A stretch of 64,000 bases of DNA from Octopus sinensis (lineage: Eukaryota), in NCBI RefSeq assembly GCF_006345805.1, contig NW_021835962.1, forward strand, positions 140,433-204,432, given 5' to 3'. Positions 21,493 through 32,400 of the stretch are shown in pieces. Position 1 is the stretch's first letter, and each line of letters starts with the position of its first letter. The notes under the pieces were generated by a model that had not been told where the DNA came from, made no database searches, and saw nothing but the letters and a program-made list of their open reading frames with translations. A program made the translations under genes and the position numbers.

Positions 21493-22732
21493 TAGAGCAA
21501 CATTTTTATTGACTTAAAAAAAATAAAAATTGCCCTTAAAAAGTCAATGTAATTGACCTTAAAATTTTAAAAATTGACCAAATAATTGACCGTAAAAATA
21601 CTACTTTATTTTCATATATAAACTACGTTTATGAAAATTTAAAGTAATTTTATTCATCGTTTATCGAGTTATTTACAATTAAGTAATATTTTACATTATC
21701 CACTTTAAAATTCCTATCCTTGGTTAAGATATTGTTAAGAATCGAAAATGATCGTTCTACTGCGCAATATGTTGCCTGGCATTCAATCAACAAAGAATAA
21801 TCTAAAGGTGAAATGGAATGATCATCGAAATTCATAATTTTTGTGATATCATTGGAATTCATCCTTTTGATAATATAATTTTTTATTCCACACACGTCTT
21901 CTCTAAAATCCAATGTTTTCAAATAATTGAATGCTTTTTTTATAGTAAAATTGGTCGATTCTAAATCATCAAGCAAATGTAATAAAGGTGAATATTGTGA
22001 TATTATCGTCGTTAGATCTTCATGAACTTGTTCATTAAATAAACATTCTTTCGCTCTTTTAATGAGCAAAGAATTTCCTTCTAAGGAAATGCATACTTGA
22101 ATAACATTTGGCAGGTTTGTAGCATAGTAAGAAACAACTTTAATTTCTCAATTTATAGAGCGGAATGTTTGCGGATACAAATGCTTCTGTTACGTCTGTT
22201 GCAAAATTTCTGAAGACATAATTTGGAGGAACAATATTCAATTGTTTTTTATTTGTGGATATATTATTTGTTCGGGAAGAGTGTTTCTGTGTTTCCCTGT
22301 GTTTTTTCACAAAAAATTGTTTCTTGCATGTCACATGTAACTCACATAATTTACAAAAAAAGCATTCCATTTGGTGTAATTGTAAACTCTTTAGGATATT
22401 TTTCACAAATATTTTTAGCTTTTTTAAAATTCGAAGGTTTATTTTTAGGCATAAGTACACTATAATTTAGTTTAAAATTTGTTACAATAAGAGACAAATG
22501 TCACTGCGACTATTTTAAATTTATTTTGATGCTTTAAATAATATTATTTAAATTTTTATTTAAAAATTGACCTAATTAAAAAAATTGACCTGAAAATCTA
22601 AAAAGTTGACCAAATTGACCTAAAGAACTTTTTATATAAACATTTTTTTGACTTTATTTTAATTTAATCATTATTTTTAGACTTAAGTCTAACTCTGGAT
22701 TGAAGTTGACTTTATTGACTTATGTTGCCCTA
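21493..22732 (-). mobile_element. hAT (CGGBP1-like) internally deleted element
   Basis: Ends tagagcaaca / tgttgcccta, imperfect 8-bp TSD (gtcataac vs ctaataac), aattgacc subterminal repeats. N-terminal 'CKLC..KHRETQKH..FVSANIPLYKL' and C-terminal 'CAVERSFS' remnants. Confidence 0.75.
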
Positions 22733-23479
22733 CTAATAACTCTTTCTCGCCCTGCTTTGAAAGAGGGAGCAAGCTACTCGACTTGATATACAAAATTGAC
22801 CAGAAAGTGGTAAGACAGGTCTTAGCAATGTTGAGAAAAGGCAACTGACAAATCCCAGTCTAATCTGAGTTGTCTTAATAGTCCTGCCTATTCTCACAAG
22901 AGACGGTTCTCAACTCCATGAAGTGGGACTTCTATAAATCTGCTCGCGACATACTCGCGAGAATTGAGAGACAACTTTGTTGTAAAAATGGAGAAAACAC
23001 CGATTGTGGACTCCTTCGTTGAGTAATATAGAACAGGACAACAACTTTGTTCTAGGATTGACGGAGGAGAACGTGTTTTTCCACCAATTAGAATTCGGAA
23101 GAAGGGAAGGAGATTTCCAAAATTCGGTCGTTATCATAAAGTTTGTTAATGAAAGTGATCCTATCGGTAATCTAAGCCAACAGTAAAGGTTGAAGTTCTA
23201 AGACTTGTTGGTTGTGTGGAAAAATGGAGTGATGTAATTTGAATTTTGCTGGTTAAATTGACTCATGCACGCATTTGTTTATAAATCCCACTTTTCATGC
23301 CAACCTAGATTGCTTATTTATATTATACTAATTGACAAAAATTGAGTATTTTTTGTCACTGTCTATCCAATAAACCACGCCGTTGAATAGACCGACTACT
23401 TTTCATTAAAATAAAATATAATTTTTATGAAATAGATGACCATCGAATTATTAATAGTTAATATCTTGCAACTAGATGC

Positions 23480-24183
23480 GTGCTGAATAGCTCATATCTT
23501 AGACGGCATAACGAAGTAGTCAGATGTATTCACTTACATCTCTGTCGTCAGTATGGAATAAGGAAAACTAAGAGACTAAAGACACACTCAGTTCAATCTG
23601 TTGTTAGCAATGAATTTGTGGAGATTCGTGTGGATACTACGATTAATACGGATACAGCTGTGGCGAATAACAAACATGATATATTTGTCCATGACAAAGC
23701 GAGGAATACAATCACTCTTATCGAAGTTGGGATTACTTCGCAAAATTGCCTCAAGCACGTCGAGGTTGAGAAGTTCCACAAATATGACTTATTGGCAAAT
23801 TAACTTGAAGCAATTCATCACGCAAAAGTGAAAGTAATCCCTGTTGTAATGACCTGGGATGGAATTGTCTCAAGATTTTTCAAGGGTCATCTTGATGTCC
23901 TCAAGCTGGAAGAAAGAGTGAGAGCATATATTCAGACTGTGGTTCTGAGGAAGACATTGGAGAGCATGCAGGCTGAAGAGAGGCATGGTATATCGATACC
24001 TAGTGAGGAGAAAGCTGAAACGGAATGTCAACCAAGGGCAGCCTCAGAATGTGGAGTGTGCTTCGACGAGAACACACCCATACGGTCACTGGATTATGGG
24101 CCCAAAAAGAGAAGATTAAGCTAATTAATTACTTTAACATGGATTTTTATTTTTCAATTCAATAAATAATTACTAGTAAAAAA
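23480..24183 (+). pseudogene. 3' end of an R4/NeSL-like REL non-LTR retrotransposon
   Basis: 'RRHNEVVRCIH..NNKHDIFVHDK..IEVGIT..VEVEKFHKYDLLAN..IPVVMTWDG', one frameshift near 23803, then aataaa and an A-run ending at 24184. Confidence 0.85.
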
Positions 24184-25982
24184 AGCTAATCAATGCCAGA
24201 TGTAGTCTGCTACGATATTTTAATTAATTCGTCAATCATTAGTTAATTCTAGCAAATAAGCTGTTTTTATTTTAATCCAGATCATTTGAATGTTTTTATA
24301 TCTCTGTTTAACATTTTCCCATATCTCAGTAAACGTTTGATTCTGCTCTTATATTAGAATAAACGTGTTTTTCTAAATTCACCGTTTGTGACAGATACTT
24401 TCTATTCAGATCTACTGACCACCTACGTCAACGTATAATCATACTAAATAAAAAAGCACTTCGTTTTTTATCATTGTCATCAAGGGACTACAAGGAGGTT
24501 GAAGAGCCCAATGATCACGAGTCTGATATTAGACAACATCTGACTTTTTCTAGTTGATTTTTAATTAATATTATTTTATATTTAATTTTAAACATCCAAT
24601 ATTGTATTTAATCTAGCAAAATATATTTTTAGAAAAAGAAATTTTCAAAGTAAACAAATTCCGAGATTCATTATTATTATTCATGTGTTGTGTTGAAAGT
24701 AAAAAAAATTCCAGTTTTAATGGAAATTCGCCACAATTTTTCAAAATTCAAAATTAAAATTTTGATTATCAATATGCATTGTCGCAGTAAATAGAGGTAC
24801 CGGGATTCAAAATTCAAAATTATTAATTCAAAAATTGGTAAATAATACGTTTTTTAAAAAAGGCCCACCGTCGTTTTAGTATTATAGTAAATATAGTGCG
24901 ACCTCGATTCGGGGAAAACCAAGTAGCGGAAAAACCTCTTTTTTGCTTTTGAAAAAATATTTTCCCTATCTCTATTAAATACGATGATTTTTAATGAAAT
25001 AGACCTAAGGGGAAAATTTTTGTATTATCATAAACGATTTATTGAGATATTTCTAAAATTTTTGATTTATTATTATTTATTGTAACTTGTTTTCTCATAT
25101 TAGTAATTAATTGTCAATTTATTTTTTTCAAAACAAAGTAATTAATAATTTAAAAATTTTTTTAACCTGGTAATTTAGTTAGTTAACTAATTTTTTTGAT
25201 TAAGATTCTGAAAATAAAAAAAGTCCGGAACCAAAGACAAGCTCGATCCGCGAGCATTGCCAGATAACGGTGAGATCCAGACTAAAAGAATAGCTTGAGC
25301 TTTGCCGCCCATGATTATAATTAAGATCCCCTGTCTCAGCCAAGAGGATTTGCGTTCATCCAGGTTAACTAATTAACATGCTAAAAAATTAAAATGCCTA
25401 AGTTTAAGAGATTTTTTGTAATCTCAGGTCAAAAGGTTTCCCAAACAATGGGCCAACCTTAAAACTTATTGCATGTAGAATTGTGTATAAAAATTTAAAT
25501 CATGATTTCACAGTTTCTAATTGATGGCCTTACAGATTTAAGAAACAATTCGAGTTCACAGTACGGCTTTGTGCTGACAGTCCTGTTTTTGTAAGAAAAG
25601 CACTGTTTTCCTAAGCCTTCTCTTTTTCAAAATGAAAGATGGGAGATTGGTCAGATCCTCTACGTTCTCCCTGACATTACATTTAAAATCTCGAACGGTC
25701 AAAAATTTTAAAAACTCATATAATTGATTTGAAGTTTTAAAAATAAACTCATGATTCAATTATTTTACCACACTTTCTATGCTAAACTAAGAGTCGCTTT
25801 TATCTGGTTTGTCATGGTATGTTTTTCTTGCCATGTAGCCTTTTGCAATAGTATGAAATCAGGGTGTATAGAGGGATATGCATATGGCCACGTGACCATT
25901 TTTATGTTACTTTTAAATTATAAGTAATCAATGACAGTTGTAGTCTGCTACAAAATCTTTAGTTAATTCTAGCAAATGAGTT

Positions 25983-26176
25983 TTTTTTATCCATTAATAA
26001 CAAAATGGGATATCGAACAATTATTGTCAGTATTATGTTTATGATAGATATGTAGCCTGGGGGATTGCCAAACTGTTTCCCCGGATAATGGCGATCGAGA
26101 ACCGTTGCATTAGCCAGTCCGCCTCCCGAGGATCATGGGTGCGCATTGAGATTTTGGCTCCGAGCTTGCGAAGGAA
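25983..26176 (-). mobile_element. 5'-truncated CRE-clade retro-insertion with poly(A) and 5-bp TSD
   Basis: The minus strand encodes 'FLRKLGAKISMRTHDPREADWLMQRFSIAIIRGNSLAI*' and ends in an A-run. TSD GAGTT at 25978-25982 and 26177-26181. The paralog at ~9157 has a single gagtt (empty site). Confidence 0.88.
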
Positions 26177-26229
26177 GAGTTGTTTTTATTTTAATCCATA
26201 TCATTTGAATCTTTTTATATGCACATTTC

Positions 26230-26810
26230 TAATGAAAAAAAATCACGAAACAGAGCTACAAAATTTTGAAAATGAAGTGGGAAAGTACAAACACGAAGTC
26301 CAAATCTATGCATCTGTAAAGATGCTAGGGCGAAAGATGAAATCTGAAAACCTATCAGTTCACGATGAACTTGGAAGAACCATTTACAACAACCAGGCAC
26401 AGAAACTATTGCCGACCACTTTGAAAAATATTTCAATTTTGAAAACGAAGAAAAGCATTGTCCTTTCGGTGAAGCGTCCAGAAATCTATCACAAGAAATT
26501 ACTTGATGCCAGGAATAATATCCCCATTCATATTACAAAAGTCATCTTCGAAGATGACATAGATCTCACTGCAACAGACCACCAATTAGAAGGTATTATG
26601 GACAAATTGGCCAACACATTTGAAAAATCATTCCTAAAACTTAATACTGGGAAAACAGAATACACTATAGTGAGGCGATGCGAACAACAACACGAGGAAA
26701 AATGAAGATATATAAAGAAACTTGGCACTCTCTTAGGAGATACAGAAGATATGATACAAAGAAAATCACTAGCAACTTTTGCGCTTAAAAGATTAAACAA
26801 CGTATAGTTT
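26230..26810 (+). pseudogene. Internally deleted RTE-like RT fragment (5' part duplicated at ~9210-9333)
   Basis: 'VIFEDDIDL..LKLNTGKTEY..*RYIKKLGTLLGDTEDMIQRKSLATFALKRLNNV' corresponds to RT domains 5-7. Confidence 0.7.
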
Positions 26811-27906
26811 TAGTTAACCAAATTTCTGCGTCTTTAAAAATCAAACTATACAATATGTTTGTACGTTTTTTAATATCTCTTCAAAATTTTCCCAGACCAC
26901 AGAATGTTCGATTCTGTTCTAATATTACTAATCGTTTCTTTTCCATATTTATTAATTTGTGACAGCTTTATTTAAGTCTTTAGAAAAAGAATTTCGCGTT
27001 TTCCTTAACATAAGTTGCAAATTTTGCAAACTACCCTGTGCAAATAATTACTTTATTTAACAGACGTCGGAAAGTAAGTTGCTATGTTTTTCAAAGATTA
27101 TATTTAGATTCTTTATTATCGATTAGACCGAGAAATTAAATAAAAGCCTCAATAAACTTTATTGTCTTTTCAGCATTGTTTTTTACTACATTTTCAATTT
27201 TCACAACACTTGTTTAGGGTAGACTTTAACCAGACTTTTGAACATTCCAATTGAAATCGATAAAATGAAAGTTCCATCTAAAATTCGGTCACCTCTAAAT
27301 TGCATTTTTATCCCAAATTGACGTTGTTCCATTTTTCCAAATATGGACGTTACGGTTGATTATATATAAATAGTCGGAATGTTTTTACTCTGAAGTGTCA
27401 AAAGTTTTCGTGTTTTTATTTAATCTTTAACTTAAATTTTTAGGTGAATTTTTCTAGTTCGTACAGTAATCAAGTTATTTTTTGGTTTATTTTCTTTATT
27501 TTTTAGCTTAAAAAATCGGCCTAGTTATTATAATTGATTTGAAATTTGAAAAATGAACTTCCATGCAAATTGAATTTTTTGGTGTTAAAAAAGAGGCTTT
27601 TCCTTTTTATGCCCCAAGCGACCCTCAGTGGTTGCATTTACATCCTCCATATTTGTTTCATAACCTATTTGTCTTTACTTGTAGCATTTTACAGTTGCAT
27701 GAAAGCAGGGTTTATAGACTGCTATCTATATGGCCATATGGCCATTGATAGTTTACTTTAAATTATAAGTAACTAGCTCAGCAGTTCGCTTCGCTCACTG
27801 CGAGCTAGCTCCTGCGGAGGCCCTGCTCGCTACGCTCGCAGTTTCCTTAAATAACTATAAATTTATGTAGATATATAAATGCGACCTGCTTTGATATAAC
27901 CTTATT

Positions 27907-28700
27907 CTAAGGCCTGTGGATAAACGATGTTTGCAGTCCGTCCATCCTTGGCAAATATAAATAAATTTCTCTTCTACCTACCCTTGAGCACCCCACATAC
28001 AGCTGGCCATGTGAAAAGCACTCGTTCTCTAAAAATAAGCCTACTACCTTTAAAGACTGTCCCTGGGCCTTGTTTATTGTCATAGCAAAACTTATCTTCA
28101 GCGGAAATTGTAGTCTCTTAAATCTATCGCAGGCCCTTTCATGGTCCATAATAACGTCGACCGATTTATATATTCTTTCTCTGCCAGGGATTTTCATTAA
28201 TAAATCTAAATTTATATTAAGTACCTCATCATTAAGTGGAGCTAATATAGCTCGTTCACGCAGCCAGTCGAAATTCACGTAGTGTTCAGATAGTTCGGAA
28301 TAGACGGCATTCAATAATTCTTCTGCTGTTTCTACGAAAATACATAATTCTTCCGGTAGCCTAATTTTCTGGTCGTGCATTTCTGAAGTGATTGCCCCAT
28401 TTCCAATATCTAGAAGGATTTGTGGGAATATGCTATTAACGCCTTGTAAATGTGCATGTACATTTACATCTAAGCTTACCTTTTTCACGTGTGTCCACAA
28501 ATATGACGATTTGAGGCAGGCATTCAATTCATCCGCAGGCGTCCCTCTTTGAATAATTGGCAGCGTCTGTCTAAAATCACCTGCCAATACAACTAATGCT
28601 CCCCCAAACAAATGGTCGCTACAATTCTTGATATCTCTATATGTTCGGTCAACTGCTTGAATGCGCCTTTATGAGCCATCGTACATTCATCCCAAACAAT
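27907..28700 (-). pseudogene. Helitron-type PIF1 helicase C-terminal half (no Rep domain, no Walker A)
   Basis: 'IVWDECTMAHK', 'FGGALVVLAGDFRQTLP', 'RAILAPLN', 'RLQFPLKISFAMTINKAQGQSL' and 'HGQLYVGCSRV'. Confidence 0.92.
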
Positions 28701-29424
28701 TAACCTAGAATGCATAATTCTATTACCCGTAGTTGAGTCTAACAGCAGTCCTGACCTTGTTCAGCTGTTGTCTAAGTTCCCTCACCATTTAAGCACATCT
28801 TCCCTCGTTTCTCTTTTTTTGTTATATGGTTCATATTCTCTTGTTTGTTAACATTCTCAGATCTCTCTTTATAGGACATTCTTATGATTTTGTAAACGCG
28901 AATCAGTAATTTATATTAAATTTTCTACGTAAATTTATTTAGTGAAATTTATGTAAAGTGTATTATCCAATCAAAGCCATTATACTTAATTGCCTCTATG
29001 TTTAAAGGAATTGAAACTTTAGCATAATCGAACTTGTCTGTTTCGGTAAAGAAAATGATAATCAGCTTCATCTTTGTAGTATTATAAGGAAAAAAAATTA
29101 AAGCCTGTTAAATCAAGGAGATTTAAATATAGGCAAATTGAAATTTACATGACTAATTTAAATTTTATTTGCCTCTATCTTTTAAGAAATCTAAACAGTA
29201 GCATAATCGAATTTGTCAGTTTCGGCAGTTAAAAAGAATCAATTATGTAAATCTCTAATAATTTTTGCTTTTTCCTTTTTAGTGGTTTTCAAAATCTGAT
29301 AATTGCACAGTCTATTCATGGTCGATAACAATTAGAGCTTTTATTTTATTTTTTAACGAAAATTTAACAAAAAAGAATTTATGTCATCGAAAAAAGATAG
29401 CTAAGCTAATTAATGGCCTCACGA

Positions 29425-32400
29425 GGCTTGAAGGTTGTGGAGGACCTCATCATGTGAGTCGAGGACTTTCTTGTCGTTCATTTTAACAAAAACGCAGAAA
29501 ATATTTTTTTTAATTTTTGGGCTTGAAGGTTTTGGGGGACCACATCATGTGAGTCGAGGACTTTCTTGTTGTTCATTTAACAAAAACGCAGAAAATAATT
29601 TTTTTTAAATTTTTTGGCTTGAAGGTTTTGAGGGACCACATCATGTGAGTCGAGGACTTTCTTGTTGTTCATTTTAACAAAAACGCAGAAAATAATTTTT
29701 TTAATTTTTTGGCTTGAAGGTTTTGAGGGACCACATCATGTGAGTCGAGGACTTTCTTGTTGTTCATTTTAACAAAAACGCAGAAAATAATTTTTTTTAA
29801 TTTTTTGGCTTGAAGGTTTTGGGGGACCACATCATGTGAGTCGAGGACTTTCTTGTTGTTTATTTTAACAAAAACGCAGAAAATAATTTTTTTAATTTTT
29901 TGGCTTGAAAGTTTTGGAGGACCACATCATGTGAGTCGAGGACTTTCTTGTTGTTCATTTTAACAAAAACGCAGAAAATAATTTTTTTAATTTTTTACTT
30001 GAAGGTTTTGGGGGACCACATCATGTGAGTCGAGGACTTTCTTGTTGTTCATTTTAACAAAAACGCAGAAAATAATTTTTTTAATTTTTTACCTTGAAGG
30101 TTTTGGGGGACCACATCATGTGAGTCGAGGACTTTCTTGCTGTTCATTTTAACAAAAACGCAGAAAATAATTTTTTTAATTTTTTAGCTTGAAGGTTTTG
30201 GGGGACCACATCATGTGAGTCGAGGACTTTCTTGTTGTTCATTTTAACAAAAACGCAGAAAATAATTTTTTTTAATTTTTGGCTTGAAGGTTTTGGGGGA
30301 CCACATCATGTGAGTCGAGGACTTTCTTGTTCGTCATTTAAACAAAAACGCAGAAATAATTTTTTTAATTTTTTAGCTTGAAGGTTTTGGGGGACCACAT
30401 CATGTGAGTCGAGGACTTTCTTGTTGTTCATTTTAACAAAAACGCAGAAAATAATTTTTTTTAATTTTTTGGCTTGAAGGTTTTGGGGGACCACATCATG
30501 TGAGTCGAGGACTTTCTTGTTGTTCATTTTAACAAAAACGCAGAAAATAATTTTTTTTAATTTTTTGGCTTGAAGGTTTTGGGGGACCACATCATGTGAG
30601 TCGAGGACTTTCTTGTTGTTCATTTTAACAAAAACGCAGAAAATATTTTTTTTAATTTTTTGGCTTGAAGGTTTTGGGGGACCACATCATGTGAGTCGAG
30701 GACTTTCTTGTTGTTCATTTTAACAAAAACGCAGAAAATAATTTTTTTTAATTTTTTGGCTTGAAGGTTTTGGGGGACCACATCATGTGAGTCGAGGACT
30801 TTCTTGTTGTTCATTTTAACAAAAACGCAGAAAATAATTTTTTTTAATTTTTTGGCTTGAAGGTTTTGGGGGACCACATCATGTGAGTCGAGGACTTTCT
30901 TGTTGTTCATTTTAACAAAAACGCAGAAAATAATTTTTTTTAATTTTTGGCTTGAAGGTTTTGGGGGACCACATCATGTGAGTCGAGGACTTTCTTGTTG
31001 TTCATTTTAACAAAAACGCAGAAAATAATTTTTTTAATTTTTTAGCTTGAAGGTTTTGGGGGACCACATCATGTGAGTCGAGGACTTTCTTGTTGTTCAT
31101 TTTAACAAAAACGCAGAAAATAATTTTTTTAATTTTTTGGCTTGAAGGTTTTGGGGGACCACATCATGTGAGTCGAGGACTTTCTTGTTGTTCATTTTAA
31201 CAAAAACGCAGAAAATAATTTTTTTAATTTTTTAGCTTGAAGGTTTTGGGGGACCACATCATGTGAGTCGAGGACTTTCTTGTTGTTCATTTTAACAAAA
31301 ACGCAGAAAATAATTTTTTTTAATTTTTGGGCTTGAAGGTTTTGGGGGACCACATCATGTGAGTCGAGGACTTTCTTGTTGTTCATTTAACAAAAACGCA
31401 GAAAATAATTTTTTTAATTTTTTGGCTTGAAGGTTTTGGGGGACCACATCATGTGAGTCGAGGACTTTCTTGTTGTTCATTTTAACAAAAACGCAGAAAA
31501 TAATTTTTTTTAATTTTTTGGCTTGAAGGTTTTGGGGACCACATCATGTGAGTCGAGGACTTTCTTGTTGTTCATTTTAACAAAAACGCAGAAAATAATT
31601 TTTTTTAATTTTTTGGCTTGAAGGTTTTGGGGGACCACATCATGTGAGTCGAGGACTTTCTTGTTGTTCATTTTAACAAAAACGCAGAAAATAATTTTTT
31701 TAATTTTTTGGCTTGAAGTTTTGGGGGACCACATCATGTGAGTCGAGGACTTTCTTGTTGTTCATTTTAACAAAAACGCAGAAAATAATTTTTTTAATTT
31801 TTTACCTTGAAGGTTTTGGGGGACCACATCATGTGAGTCGAGGACTTTCTTGTTGTTCATTTTAACAAAAACGCAGAAAATAATTTTTTTAATTTTTTAC
31901 CTTGAAGGTTTTGGGGGACCACATCATGTGAGTCGAGGACTTTCTTGCTGTTCATTTTAACAAAAACGCAGAAAATAATTTTTTTAATTTTTTAGCTTGA
32001 AGGTTTTGGGGGACCACATCATGTGAGTCGAGGACTTTCTTGTTGTTCATTTTAAAAAAACGCAGAAAATAATTTTTTTTAATTTTTTGGCTTGAAGGTT
32101 TTGGGGGACCACATCATGTGAGTCGAGGACTTTCTTGTTCGTCATTTAAACAAAAACGCAGAAAATAATTTTTTTAATTTTTTAGCTTGAAGGTTTTGGG
32201 GGACCACATCATGTGAGTCGAGGACTTTCTTGTTGTTCATTTTAACAAAAACGCAGAAAATAATTTTTTTTAATTTTTTGGCTTGAAGGTTTTGGGGGAC
32301 CACATCATGTGAGTCGAGGACTTTCTTGTTGTTCATTTTAACAAAAACGCAGAAAATAATTTTTTTTAATTTTTTGGCTTGAAGGTTTTGGGGGACCACA

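Noticed and set aside
25556-25759. Polinton/Maverick-like 'LPSFI..K' fragment
   Set aside because: The resemblance covers only a few residues, and the downstream Cys motif and any PolB motif are missing.
27907-28700. Host PIF1 gene or autonomous Helitron
   Set aside because: The N-terminal half, Walker A and the HUH Rep domain are absent; the fragment sits next to a Helitron 3' terminus and is duplicated with it.
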